This document shows, piece after piece, positions 42,838-54,018 of a DNA stretch of 64,000 bases; position 1 is the stretch's first letter; the number at the start of each line of letters is the position of its first letter. The stretch spans positions 1,116,001-1,180,000 of the forward strand of contig JAUFOR010000001.1 in the NCBI GenBank assembly GCA_040285745.1, read 5' to 3'. Under the pieces are notes generated by a model. The model saw nothing but the letters and a program-made list of their open reading frames with translations, ran no database searches and had not been told where the DNA came from. The stretch comes from Barthelona sp. PCE. Taxonomy: Eukaryota. The translations under genes and the position numbers were made by a program.

Positions 42838-43944
42838 TTACTTTTGTAATTCCATAATTTGTTTTGTAATACGATCATTCTCTGCAATAACAACTTTGTC
42901 AAGGGAAAACCAAGTGTTCACACAGGACATGTATCCATGAAGTTGTTCAGTAAATGCTTCTGTATATTCTATATTTGCTTCTAGTAATTGTTCCTTTAAA
43001 TACGCACTATCATCCATGAGTACATCATTTGTTGAAATAAATGCGGCAACTGGTGGCAAATCAACGTATGATGTGTTCTCATTTAGAGCAAAATATTGCA
43101 TCATGCATGTAATAACACTTCCTTTATGGTAAGCTGTTTCTAGCATTTCCTTAGTGTCTAATTTCTCCTCCTTTATCACTTTTTCCAGATCAATGTCACA
43201 TACTGGTGGTGCATATAACGACCAAACAAGCATCATCATTGCCTTATTACAAGAATACTTACTGTACTCTGGAACGTTATAAGAAGTGCCTGAGAAGTCA
43301 GTTAGTAAAGCAGGGTAAATTAAATTGAGACCCTTTGCCTTCAACCCAGCATCACGGAGCATCATTGCTGTGAAGAGTGCAAGGTTTCCACCAGCGCTAT
43401 CACCAGAAATAACAACATTAGTAGGATCGATGCCATATACCTCACCGTGTTCGATGATATTCTTTGCTACAACAAAACAATCCATCAAACCAGTGGGGAA
43501 TGGGTGCTCTGGTGCCTTCTTGTAGTATATTTGAATCACGATAGATTCAGTATCATGGGAAAGCATTCTGCAAAAAAGATCCTTACGAGGTACACTTCCG
43601 CTTACCCAGCCACCACCGTGTATGAATATAATCGCCTTGTACTTGTTATCCTCGTTGAGGACCTCATAGTCATTGGGATAGTAAAAACGAGTTTTAGTCT
43701 CTTCAATCATCATGTCCGTTACTACACCACAATCTCTTCTACTTAATCTGATTAAGAGGAGACCTATGAAGCGCTTGAGCCCCTCAAAAGGTGAACTGAG
43801 TCGGATAAGACGTCCCACACGGGGTTTGTTTGTTTTGAAAAGTGTGATAGCCCTGGGCATCGATAAGGACGTCATCTGCTTGATAACGACAGAAAGTGTC
43901 AGGAGTCCCAAAAAGAGAGACACAATCGAGCTGAATGCAAACAT
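42838..43944 (-). CDS. HSL-family alpha/beta hydrolase (esterase/lipase)
   Basis: HGGGW, APEHPFP, GDSAGG, late D and HG; N-terminal TM segment. Confidence 0.93.
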   Translation of the reverse strand: MFAFSSIVSLFLGLLTLSVVIKQMTSLSMPRAITLFKTNKPRVGRLIRLSSPFEGLKRFIGLLLIRLSRRDCGVVTDMMIEETKTRFYYPNDYEVLNEDNKYKAIIFIHGGGWVSGSVPRKDLFCRMLSHDTESIVIQIYYKKAPEHPFPTGLMDCFVVAKNIIEHGEVYGIDPTNVVISGDSAGGNLALFTAMMLRDAGLKAKGLNLIYPALLTDFSGTSYNVPEYSKYSCNKAMMMLVWSLYAPPVCDIDLEKVIKEEKLDTKEMLETAYHKGSVITCMMQYFALNENTSYVDLPPVAAFISTNDVLMDDSAYLKEQLLEANIEYTEAFTEQLHGYMSCVNTWFSLDKVVIAENDRITKQIMELQK

Positions 43945-44089
43945 GTTAGGAGAATTATTGTGGAAAACGCTATATCTTCAAATCACTAGTCACAACAGAA
44001 TATATCTCTACAGTTTAACCAGAGAATCATAAAGGAAATCCACAAAAATAAATGAGAATATAATTTACAAAAAAGAACTACTAGTTCAA

Positions 44090-45259
44090 CTAGTTCTTCT
44101 TTTTCCTCCGCTTTGACGGTTTGGAATGTGAGTTGGGGATGATGCCTGGGAGCAGCGCTGGAGGTAGGGAATTCATCTCCATTTGAACAACACTGGTTTT
44201 AAGTGTAGGTAACTTAAATGTATCTTCTTCTTCTTGCTGTCTAGAATGCTTAACGCTGGGGGAAGCGGCCACCTCCATAAGACTATTCCTCCTACTACCA
44301 ACCTTCCTGGTGTTTGAAAGAGCAACAGTTCTATGTATATTAGGAATCTCCGTTTGTACCTGTGAAGCGTGCGTGGGTGATGTATGTGACGTTGCAGTGT
44401 TCCTCATGGTCAATGAAGTCGGTAATCCATCAAAGAAAGGATGATGCAAAGCTTGTTGTGCTGTTGGTCTTCTTCTACTATCCAAATGAAGACAGCACAA
44501 CAGCAGATCAACAACGTCTGGGGGATAATGCCTGAATTTCATACGTATGGATGATCGGGTATCCATACTAAATTTCGCTCGACCTGCATCACCATATACT
44601 TCTCGAGGTAATGAACCCAAGGTTCCCTGGATCAAGTAGAGCATGTCAATGTCTGAGTCACCGGGGAAAAGTGGTTCACCAGTTAACATCTCTGCCACTA
44701 GACATCCTACAGCCCAGATATCAACGCAGGCACTATATTCTTTGTTTAACAGCAATTCAGGTGCACGGTACCACCGAGTGCTGACGTACTCAGTCATGTT
44801 CTTGGCATCTTTACGTGCAAAGCCGAAATCACACAGACGAAGTTTTCCATCCAGTCCCAATAAACAATTTTCAGGTTTTACGTCCCTGTGTATTGCATGA
44901 TTCTTGTGCATATGGTCGAGGGCAAGTAGTAATTGATGTGTAAACATCTTAATTTCGTCAACAGCCATTCCATTATCGCTCTTTTCGATAATCTGTAAAA
45001 GGGTCTTCGGACAATATTCGAAGACAAGGTAGACCTTTTTCTTGCGTCGGAAAACTTCTAATAGCTCAACAATATATGGAAACCGAAGCGTATGTAGCAT
45101 TCTAATCTCTCTATGGATAGCTTTCCGTGATTTCTCGTCCTCTTCTGTATCTCTAAGCCGTTTGATGGCGACCGTTTCTCCTGTCGATCGTTTTCTAGCC
45201 TTTATGACGACACCATATGCTCCTTCACCAATACAGCCCAATGGTTCGTATGCTTTCAT
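44090..45259 (-). CDS. CDKL-family Ser/Thr kinase
   Basis: GEGAYGVV, YLVFEY, HRDVKPEN, LCDFGFAR, TEYVSTRWYRAPE, FPGDSDID. Confidence 0.93.
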   Translation of the reverse strand: MKAYEPLGCIGEGAYGVVIKARKRSTGETVAIKRLRDTEEDEKSRKAIHREIRMLHTLRFPYIVELLEVFRRKKKVYLVFEYCPKTLLQIIEKSDNGMAVDEIKMFTHQLLLALDHMHKNHAIHRDVKPENCLLGLDGKLRLCDFGFARKDAKNMTEYVSTRWYRAPELLLNKEYSACVDIWAVGCLVAEMLTGEPLFPGDSDIDMLYLIQGTLGSLPREVYGDAGRAKFSMDTRSSIRMKFRHYPPDVVDLLLCCLHLDSRRRPTAQQALHHPFFDGLPTSLTMRNTATSHTSPTHASQVQTEIPNIHRTVALSNTRKVGSRRNSLMEVAASPSVKHSRQQEEEDTFKLPTLKTSVVQMEMNSLPPALLPGIIPNSHSKPSKRRKKKN

Positions 45260-45386
45260 TATTGTGTGGGTATATGTGCAGAATGTGTGTGTGAATGTGT
45301 GGGAAGAGGGAGAAAAAGGCACAACAAAATAGGAACACTAAAAAACTCACGCTTTTATTAATTTGACTGGTCCACAGGGAGCACTT

Positions 45387-46292
45387 CTACTCCCCAGGCA
45401 TGAAAATATCGAGCTTTTTGTTATAAAAATCAACCATATATATGGAATTAACACTTTGTTCTGAACCATAGCATAGAACATTCTCTCGATCTGGCGTATG
45501 TGTCTCGAGGCTTTCCAGGGTGTCTGCGCAAAAAATAAATGTTCCACATTGACAAGCTGCACAAACAAGTTTGTCTTCTACCTTTTGAACTCGCCATACT
45601 GCAGCATCCATTGCAGTGCTGTGTACGGTCCTCAACTTACCGCGTTCAGTGAGCTCAAATGCATAAAAATGATCATCATAACACCCACAATAAAAAAGAT
45701 TTTCAATCTTGGTAATTGAACAAATAGCAGCATCAAAACGCTTCACTACGCGTTTGATTCCACCCTGAAGCATGTACATGGGCCCAGATCCACCTCCTAT
45801 AAGTACGGTATCTGATGAGTCATCCACAAAACAACAGGAATAAGCTTCGTATTCATCTATTTTAATGATTGAAAGCAGTTCAAATGTATGTGAGAGGAGT
45901 GCAACATTTCCGTCATTGAATCCAACGCATATAAATTTGCTATTCTGACAAAAACAGTCTGCAATAGCGGAGTGAATATTGGTAGAATTCTTTTCATTGG
46001 TTACTCTATTGAAAGAATTGATCCCACCGTCAGAGTCAATGAAAAGTAAGATATTCTTATCTAATATGGAGAATTGTGCGTCATAAACACCTTTGTTGAG
46101 TTTCCATTCCCATGTGGTTTGAAGAGCACCCGAGCTGACGGTCTCAGACAAATTCACAAGCGCTACACCACCGCATCTTGTGCTTGTAGCACCATCAAGT
46201 AACTCATAGTAGCTTAAAAGCCCCAAAGTTTGAGTTTCGTCAATTCTAAGCCCACAGCAAGTGAAAGGTAGGTCAATTTCAATCCTTCGCAT
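45387..46292 (-). CDS. DPH7: WD40 protein, Dph7 (diphthamide synthesis)-like
   Basis: GCYDD, AVWRVQ, CAACQCG, LCYG, DFYNK in the order seen in Dph7. Confidence 0.65.
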   Translation of the reverse strand: MRRIEIDLPFTCCGLRIDETQTLGLLSYYELLDGATSTRCGGVALVNLSETVSSGALQTTWEWKLNKGVYDAQFSILDKNILLFIDSDGGINSFNRVTNEKNSTNIHSAIADCFCQNSKFICVGFNDGNVALLSHTFELLSIIKIDEYEAYSCCFVDDSSDTVLIGGGSGPMYMLQGGIKRVVKRFDAAICSITKIENLFYCGCYDDHFYAFELTERGKLRTVHSTAMDAAVWRVQKVEDKLVCAACQCGTFIFCADTLESLETHTPDRENVLCYGSEQSVNSIYMVDFYNKKLDIFMPGE

Positions 46293-46472
46293 GTGTAAAT
46301 GGTGATAATTTAGTAATATGGACATCACATTCTGAATCTATGAGTATGGTTCTTTTATCTCATCATCAGCAAAGTTGGTGTGCCTCGCGAATATGGGGCT
46401 CAACAGTACGCTTTTAAACCTTGTTCTTGAAAAATGTAACTGTTTTACTTTTCTTACCCGTTTCAATCTATA

Positions 46473-48333
46473 ATGTCGGAAAAACAACTGAGACCGCTTT
46501 GGATTAGGCTTAAGAACCTCACAGAGAACCCTGATGAGGATCCAGAGGAGATTATTGATGTTTGCGATCGAAGTATGAACAATTTTGTGTAATGGTGTAT
46601 ATTAACATTCAGTTTTGAGACTCGCACCCACCAGCAAAGATGCTTTACTTGCAAAGATTACAGCTTTGACTTTCCTGGGAGGAGACAGCGTTGATCCTGC
46701 ACTTACACTTTTGCATGAACATGATTTGGTCAATGTTGTCCCATTCCTTTACGCCTACAACCTGTACTCCGCTAAGCAGTACGATGAAGCTCTTGAGGTT
46801 ATCGAACAACATCACAACGACGATGATGAGGGTCTTACAATGCTCAAGGCACAAACCTTGTTCCGTCTGGAACGCTTTGGGGAGGCTGCGAGTGTGTTTG
46901 AGGAGCTTCTAGCGGATGACCCTGATGATATTGATTTGCGTACGAACTACATCGGCTGCCTTGCGGCTATGGAGGCCGACCTGACTGATGCCCAACACAA
47001 GGAGGCCACAAATGTTGGAGAGGATGAGTTTACTGATGAGCTGGTCTTTAACAGTGCATTGTTGAATATCAAAATGGATGAAGTCGCTGATAAGATCATT
47101 CCTGCACTGGAGATGTCTGCAGAGAACGTCCCCGCATCATTGGTGCCAAGGTACGAGCTGTTATTGGGTGTTATCAACGCAAAGTTAGGAGAGACTGATG
47201 CTGCTCATACGTTTAACGAAAAAGTACGTTTGAATGAGGGTAGCGGTAAGGCACTTCGCAGTCTGGCCCAGAACAACGACCTTGCCATTGTCGGTTTTGA
47301 TTCTGAGAGTACAAACACGCTGAAAAAATTAAAACGTCTCTCTTCAACAGAGTTGGAAAAACGTCATCGAAACACAGTGCTATTCAACAAGGGTGTTGTT
47401 GCCATCCAGGTCAACCACTTCATTGATGCTCTTAAATGCGCTGCCGATCTTCCAGCAGAAGAACGTATAATCATTGAAACTGCTGTGGCCCTCAAGGAAG
47501 GAAAAGTTGCTCGTGCTGAAAGTAAGCTGAAGGCCTTTTTGAGAGACAACGAGTCTGCTGCTATTCGTCAGATCGCAGCTCAGTTATTAATTAACGCCAA
47601 GAGATTTAGTAACGCTGCAGCAATTTTAGCCAACCACGGTGATGCACGTACTCTTGCTGTAGTTAACGAGCTGGCCAATGAAACGGCCGTAGCAAAGAAA
47701 CACTACATGGACTTGGACGAACCTACTCTTGTGTTTGAATTCATGTATAGACAGGGTGCTTATGCTGACGCAGTTAAGTATCACAACCAGCACACTCAGG
47801 CATTGTCCAACCCAAACATGATGGCTATTTATATGTTATGTTTGTGCGAGGTTGATGTTGAAGCTGCATTCAGTATGGTTTCTGAGAATGTACTCGGTGA
47901 GCTCAGTGTTAGTGGTAACGCCAAGCAACTAGAGGCCCTACAGGCACAGGAGTTGGCTACACTCATTGCAAATGTGAAGAAAATGCTTGAAAAGAAAAAA
48001 ATTGGTGGGACAGTTCAGAAAAAGAAGCGCCGTAAGAAGCGTAAGCGTAAGAACAAGCCAGCTAAGAACTTTGATCCGAACGTTGAGCCAGATCCATACA
48101 GGTGGATGTCTGTTGCTGAACGTGCTGAAGCCATGCGTTCACAGGGTCGCAGAAACCGTAACAGAGCCAAGCAAACGCACCAGGGTGCCACTAACGTTAA
48201 TGATCGCCTTGATATGCGTGCAAAGGAGGAGGATAAGAAACAACAGCCTCAACAGAGTGGAAGAAATGGTAAGAACGTTCGTAATAAGGGTTCTAAGGGT
48301 CGTAAGGGCCGTGGTCGTAAGAAGCGTCGTTAA
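46473..48333 (+). CDS. SRP72: Signal recognition particle subunit SRP72; exons 46473-46572 and 46613-48333
   Basis: TPRs, basic tract then KNFDPNVEPDPYRW...ER, THQG. A 40-nt intron GTATGA...TTAACATTCAG restores the frame. Confidence 0.9.
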
Positions 48334-48415
48334 AAAGTAATAAATATGTTTCTGTTTTCAGTGCAAAACAATGTATACCCGACTAATTATTGTTAGATTT
48401 ACTACGAAAAATGGA

Positions 48416-48730
48416 TTAAAGTCCGAAATCGAAAACATTGGAAAGTTTTGGTTTGAAAACTGCAATCTTAGTTGCTTCAGTTTTCTTCTTCTTCAAGAAG
48501 GTATCTAGCTTATCAGCCGCCTGTTGCTTCTTTGAAAAAGTATCAATAGAAGCCTTTAACATATTTGGAGCCTGGGTTCTACTAAACTTAGGCTTCTGCT
48601 TTGTAGCAGCCTTTTTCATAGCTTCAGCAAAGTTAATGCCAGTGCTCACGGGTTTTTTACGTGTAGGTTTAGGCTGGGGAGCTTCATCTTCACTTTCATT
48701 CTCAATAAACTGCGACTTTTGTGGTGCTGC

Positions 48731-48783
<53 letters not shown>

Positions 48784-49702
48784 GGAAGCTGTTTGGTCGC
48801 CATTTGTGCTGCTCTTCGAACTTGCTGGCTTTGCGCTGTTTGTACTCTTCACCCTCTTCGTTTTTGTTGAATTTTTCATTTCGATTAAACTTGTTGTTTC
48901 CATCAAATTTGTCGCTTCTACTTCTATCAAACTTATTATCTCGATCAAACTTAGGCTTCTCATCTCTTTCATAACGGTTATTGTAACGGCGCTCATCACG
49001 CTCATATCTGTTTCTTCTGTTCATAGGTTTGCGATTGTAAGGTTGACGTTCATCATCATCATCATAGCGTTGATCTCTCCAACGATCTTTCCTACTATCA
49101 CGGAACTCACTTCTGGGCTCATATACCCGCCTGGGAAGAACATCCTTCAACGACAAAGCTTCTGCAAGATCATTAGGATCCACTTCATAAGCAAAAAATT
49201 TTGGATCAGGTCCTATAATATCTTGGAATTCCTCACCTTTAACATAATCCTTGAGACCTTCCTGTGGTCTGAATTGAACACGCTTGTTGTTTAAATCACG
49301 AAAATGAAGTCTAGGAGCAAGATAACCACAAGGTAATCCATTTCTACTCTTATAAAACTTCCTTCTCCACTCACGATTAAATTGTTTCCCTTTCCTAATC
49401 CTGGTTTCTTCCTCCTCAGCTTGGGCTGCAATCCTTTTGTTAAGCTCTATCTCATATGAAGGTTTTGCCATCTCAACTTTGATACGATTCCCTTTAAATA
49501 CTGTACCTGTTAGTTTCTCACACATCTGCGCAAGATTGACCTGGGAGCGGTCAACCACCAGTGTTAAGTGTGCGAAACATGTGAAAGGTTCCTTATTTGT
49601 GAAGCAAACATCGAAACAATGCCCATATCGTCCCATCAGTCGGTCAACGTCAGTTTCAGTGGTCGCAGGGCTCAGGTTGCCGATATATATGCGAGTCTCC
49701 AT
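48416..49702 (-). CDS. N-terminal RRM protein (NOL8-like) with poly-Q
   Basis: RIYIGNL...FKGNRIKVEMAKPSY. Confidence 0.75.
48731..48784. repeat. (TTG)18 microsatellite encoding poly-Q on the minus strand
   Basis: Seen directly. Confidence 0.97.
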
Positions 49703-50003
49703 GTGTGAAAGGTGCAATAAATCGAGAACACTTTGTTTTTAATGTTTTCTGGTATCTGTGTGTAACCAGCGTTTACCTGAGTGGGCGGCAAGGATTGTTG
49801 ATAAAACAAAAATGAATTTAAGATTCATTTATGTTGTTAACCGGCAAAAAAGCTCATTTTTGGTTAACCTTACGATTTGCAATGATTTCACTGATGTTTG
49901 TGCGCACTGTGGATATTCTTTGCTCTTTTCAAACTAATTGTGTCATCGGTAAGCACAATCGTTTCGTTTTTTTTTATCTCATTTCTTTTCTGCGTTCTTT
50001 GAA

Positions 50004-50636
50004 ATGAGCGCAGGAGATGGGCAGAAAAATTCGTTCGGGGAGGCTATTGATTTCTTAGAAGCACCTGTAATACGTGAAAAACGTGAGGCATTTGATATAC
50101 ATGTTCAACAAGGGCGTAGAAACGGACAATCTCTGTTAGGAAGCATAAGGATGGGGGCAAATCGGGTGAATGTTATAGACGATGATGAACCTCAGGAAGT
50201 AGAAGGTTTTCGGAAAAAAGCCCAAATTGTTGTAGATCCTGATGATGAATCTGATTTGATTGATGTAATTGTTGTGAAAAAGACAGTTTCTGCACCACCA
50301 CGGCCACCACAAGCAAAAAAACCACAAGTTAAAACAGCACAAGCACGGTTGGATTTGATAGTTGCTAAATCAGATGAAACAGCAACCATGGGTGCATCAA
50401 AGGTACGCCGAGTTGTCATCAAGAACGCATCAGAACTTTCTAAACCCCAAGCACCTTCGAATGATCGATTTTCATGTCCTATTTGTTTTGGATCCTCTGA
50501 AGATGGGATATATGCAATGCCATGCGGTCACCTAGTGTGTTCTACGTGTTTACCATACCTTGAGCAGCGTGGTAGAAGGAAGTGTCCGCTTTGTAGGCGA
50601 CCATACACCACTGCAACAAAACTATACATTTCATAG
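50004..50636 (+). CDS. C3HC4 RING finger protein
   Basis: CPIC...PCGHLVCSTC...CPLCR at the C-terminus. Confidence 0.9.
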   Translation: MSAGDGQKNSFGEAIDFLEAPVIREKREAFDIHVQQGRRNGQSLLGSIRMGANRVNVIDDDEPQEVEGFRKKAQIVVDPDDESDLIDVIVVKKTVSAPPRPPQAKKPQVKTAQARLDLIVAKSDETATMGASKVRRVVIKNASELSKPQAPSNDRFSCPICFGSSEDGIYAMPCGHLVCSTCLPYLEQRGRRKCPLCRRPYTTATKLYIS

Positions 50637-50768
50637 TTATTTTTATTTCAATTGAATCATTAATTTCATGGTTCGTACTGGATTTAAGAGGCAGAAACAC
50701 GTTAGAATTAGATATATTATCTCAGAATAAAACAAAAAATGTTTGCCAAAATTTAACCCTTTACAATA

Positions 50769-51095
50769 ATGTCAAAGCTTGAAGAAGCCTCGAAAGAGAT
50801 GATGGATAGCATGCGCGTGCTCTTTGATGGTGAATCAGAGCAGTCGATGAAAACACTGGAGTTATTATCATCCATCAACACATTGGCTAAAGATGAGACA
50901 GACAGGAACGTAGAACGCATTCGGGAGACCAGGGAAGAGTTGGATGTTGTGTTTGAAAAGTATAAAGCCTTACAACCAATTTTTGCACATATAGATGATA
51001 TCGGTGACAAGCTGGATATCCTTGAGGGCCTACTCGGTAACTTGGACGGGTACACGAGCTATCTTGAGCAGGTTCTTGCATCATTCACACCTTAG
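50769..51095 (+). CDS. BLOC-1 subunit 2-like coiled-coil protein
   Basis: LQPIFAHIDDI...LEGLLGNLDGYTSYLE pattern, 108 aa. Confidence 0.65.
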   Translation: MSKLEEASKEMMDSMRVLFDGESEQSMKTLELLSSINTLAKDETDRNVERIRETREELDVVFEKYKALQPIFAHIDDIGDKLDILEGLLGNLDGYTSYLEQVLASFTP

Positions 51096-51358
51096 TTTTT
51101 TTTTTATGATATATTGCTTATTTCAGGTATTTTTTTGGATACGGCACGGTATCTCCGTATATACCACTGTTTCTAATACTCTGGTTTGTCAAAAACCAAA
51201 TCAGTTTGTGTAAATATTTTTTCTTGAATGAACGCATGAGTCTTGAACTGTTACACATTGTCAGCACTTGCACCTGGTAAGCCAAACCTGTTCATGGTAG
51301 TGCCGTAATGGATCAAATAATGTTTACCTATTCTCTAATTCTGTCTTTCTTTCGCGAA

Positions 51359-52873
51359 ATGGGGGAGCATGAAAATGACACTGATGCTATTTACAGCGAG
51401 GGGAGCACTTTAGAAGAAGTCAAAAGGATCTATCATGAAACAGTGGATATTACTGATGATCCTATGTCATCTATGATATCTAGCGAATCGTTAGACGCCG
51501 ACACAGAGGACCTATGCCTCACAGATGTGATTCTATCAACTGATATTGATACAGATGACGATACCAACGATGAGGTTTTAATTGTGGTCGAAGAAGAAGA
51601 ACTTATTGATGTGATACCTATCATGACACTGGTTGTTGGACTTTTACCCATTTTTGCAGATGCAATCACAATGAGTTTACTTTTACCTTTATTGCCTGGA
51701 TTATTAGAAGAATATTTCGGAATCAAAGATAATTCATTTCATGTAGCCATGGTAGACAGTATTGTGTTTGCAGGCAAGTTTTTCTCATCGATGTGGATGG
51801 GTTTTATAAGTGATAAAATCGGAAGAAAACAGTTACAATTGTTAAGCATAACTGCTTTGTTTTGTACAACATTATTGGTAGCATTCTCACCAGTTTTCTG
51901 GCTGGTGGTCGTGGGCAGAGGCGTACTTAGTGCTGCGAACGCCACAGTAGCCCTAGGAAGAGGTTATTTGGCGGATATTCTACCAAAATATTCTAATAGA
52001 GTTAACAAATTCGCTTGGGGTCTGACAGGATCCATGTACCAGATCGGCCGTGTGTTTGGTAGTCTTTCAACAGGAATTTTGTTGAATGTTACGATTTTTG
52101 GTGATCAATTTTTACCTCCTTTGCTTGCTTTATTGATATTACAAACAATTGTTTTTATAGTAGTTTCAATATTCTTTAAGGATGAGGAGCGTCGTTCTAT
52201 TATTACAAAGGGAGGAAGTCTTATAGATTCCTTTAAGTACGTTTTCACGCACAAAGAAATTATGCTCGTGTTCTTACCAGGTTTGTTCAGCACTGCGGGC
52301 AACGGAGCCACACTTGTGCTGATGGTACTGTACGGTAACGGCCCTCTTGGGCTCTCAGCTAGTGGTACAAGTTTTTTCGTAGCCCTTTTTGCTGCGATTG
52401 CCACTGTTTATCAATTATTGGTATTTAGGCGCATTCACTGGCAGTATCGCACCATATATCGGGTCGGGCTGTTGAGTTTTATAGCCTTCTGTATCATATA
52501 CCCACTTTGTTACTACGTCCGTGATCACAAGTATTTACCTCTTATTTTAATATTTCCTGCTACTCTTGGTGGTATTGGATTCATTCATAACGTCCCAATC
52601 GCGGTTGGTATGCTAAGTATGGTTGCCCGTGGTAGTCAAGGTTTCGTACAAGGTTCAACCAACTCTATTAGAGCTGTTGCTCGTGGGTTAATAGGAAGCT
52701 TCGCTGTTGGTTATATATACAGTGAATTTGAGTCCGTTGCTGCATTTATCTATGTAGGTTTATTATATTTAATACCTTTTTGTATTAGTTTCTATTTACC
52801 TGATACAGTAGAAGATGGCATGGTAAAACAAACTTATGAAAGTGATTTTGAAAGTGAAGAAGAACAGAAATAA
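51359..52873 (+). CDS. MFS transporter (DHA1/TetA-like)
   Basis: Motif A GFISDKIGRK, LLPLLP, about 12 TM segments. Confidence 0.9.
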   Translation: MGEHENDTDAIYSEGSTLEEVKRIYHETVDITDDPMSSMISSESLDADTEDLCLTDVILSTDIDTDDDTNDEVLIVVEEEELIDVIPIMTLVVGLLPIFADAITMSLLLPLLPGLLEEYFGIKDNSFHVAMVDSIVFAGKFFSSMWMGFISDKIGRKQLQLLSITALFCTTLLVAFSPVFWLVVVGRGVLSAANATVALGRGYLADILPKYSNRVNKFAWGLTGSMYQIGRVFGSLSTGILLNVTIFGDQFLPPLLALLILQTIVFIVVSIFFKDEERRSIITKGGSLIDSFKYVFTHKEIMLVFLPGLFSTAGNGATLVLMVLYGNGPLGLSASGTSFFVALFAAIATVYQLLVFRRIHWQYRTIYRVGLLSFIAFCIIYPLCYYVRDHKYLPLILIFPATLGGIGFIHNVPIAVGMLSMVARGSQGFVQGSTNSIRAVARGLIGSFAVGYIYSEFESVAAFIYVGLLYLIPFCISFYLPDTVEDGMVKQTYESDFESEEEQK

Positions 52874-52878
52874 ACTAG

Positions 52879-53982
52879 TTATATATCTAAAAAACGATTA
52901 TAATAATAACGAATACCACTAAAACTTTCATCACGAGCAATACGACCTTCTATTTCTGCTTTCTGGATAGCTAATTCGGCTAAATAAGGAGAGCATTTCA
53001 TGTATTGAGCAGCGCTTTGTATAGAAAATCCATCATTAAGAACTGAACAGAGACGAACTTTAATATTTTCGAGATCTAGATTGCGCAAACATAAAACTTC
53101 ACCACATGATAATTTCCTCAACAAGATAGGTGCATCGTCTTTGATGAGGTCCAGTCCCTTGCGGAAATCACTGGGAGAAACCATATCAATGCCACGAGCT
53201 CTGTTATAATAACAAAACGCATCCGTCAAGACCATAATACCACCTTCACTTTCCAATAGAGGGATTAAAAAGTCAATGAGCTCATCTGAAAGCTTCTGAT
53301 GATAATTACTAGCTTCTGTAGAAACAGGATTAGTGAGACCTAAATCTAAAAGTAATTTAGATGCTTGGGGATTTGTTTTGTTTTGTATTTTCTTCACTAA
53401 GTCAATTACAGGGCGGGCATAGTTCATGAGCGAGTTGATGTCAGATAATGAGCTCTCCACTAAAGCACTTTCTTCTTCGCGCTTGATTTTTGAACGGGCC
53501 AAAACAGCAGCAATGCCAACACCACGGATCTCTCTGCGCATTTTGTTGCTGGTTGTCCGCACGGTAGACTGTTGCCATGCCTTTGCGTTGAGTGCGAACT
53601 GTAACTTACTGAGCAAAGACTGTAGTGTAGATTTTGGACTTACACGAATCGAAAACTGAACGTTTTGAGGCATATTGGGCTTGTTTGTTAGCGAAAAGAC
53701 AACCTCATCGCTCCTGAACCAACCACGCTCGTTAATACGGCATGTTGAATCATCGATCAAACTCAATGCCAGAGCAGATGCATGTTCAGCTTGCTTTATG
53801 TATATGTAGTGCGATGTGAGTTCTATTGCGATGGGATCAAAGAGAGATTGATCCTCACTAAAGAGCATAACCTCAACTTCATCTATTTGAATGGTTGAAA
53901 CTTCCTCTTTTGCAAAAGCGATGCCCCTTCCCTCCTGGTACACAACTTTCCTGAAGAATGGTGATATGTGATTAGGTATCAT
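52879..53982 (-). CDS. VPS36: ESCRT-II subunit Vps36
   Basis: GVGIAAV, LSDINSLM, GGIMVLTDAFCYYNRARGIDMVSPSD, RDESFSGIRYYYNRF. Confidence 0.92.
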   Translation of the reverse strand: MIPNHISPFFRKVVYQEGRGIAFAKEEVSTIQIDEVEVMLFSEDQSLFDPIAIELTSHYIYIKQAEHASALALSLIDDSTCRINERGWFRSDEVVFSLTNKPNMPQNVQFSIRVSPKSTLQSLLSKLQFALNAKAWQQSTVRTTSNKMRREIRGVGIAAVLARSKIKREEESALVESSLSDINSLMNYARPVIDLVKKIQNKTNPQASKLLLDLGLTNPVSTEASNYHQKLSDELIDFLIPLLESEGGIMVLTDAFCYYNRARGIDMVSPSDFRKGLDLIKDDAPILLRKLSCGEVLCLRNLDLENIKVRLCSVLNDGFSIQSAAQYMKCSPYLAELAIQKAEIEGRIARDESFSGIRYYYNRFLDI

Positions 53983-54018
53983 ACTTGAAAATGATTGTAA
54001 AAACAGAAAACACATTTA

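Noticed and set aside
48438-49294. Poly-Cys, poly-Leu and poly-Asn ORFs
   Set aside because: Alternative frames of the (TTG)18 poly-Q microsatellite.
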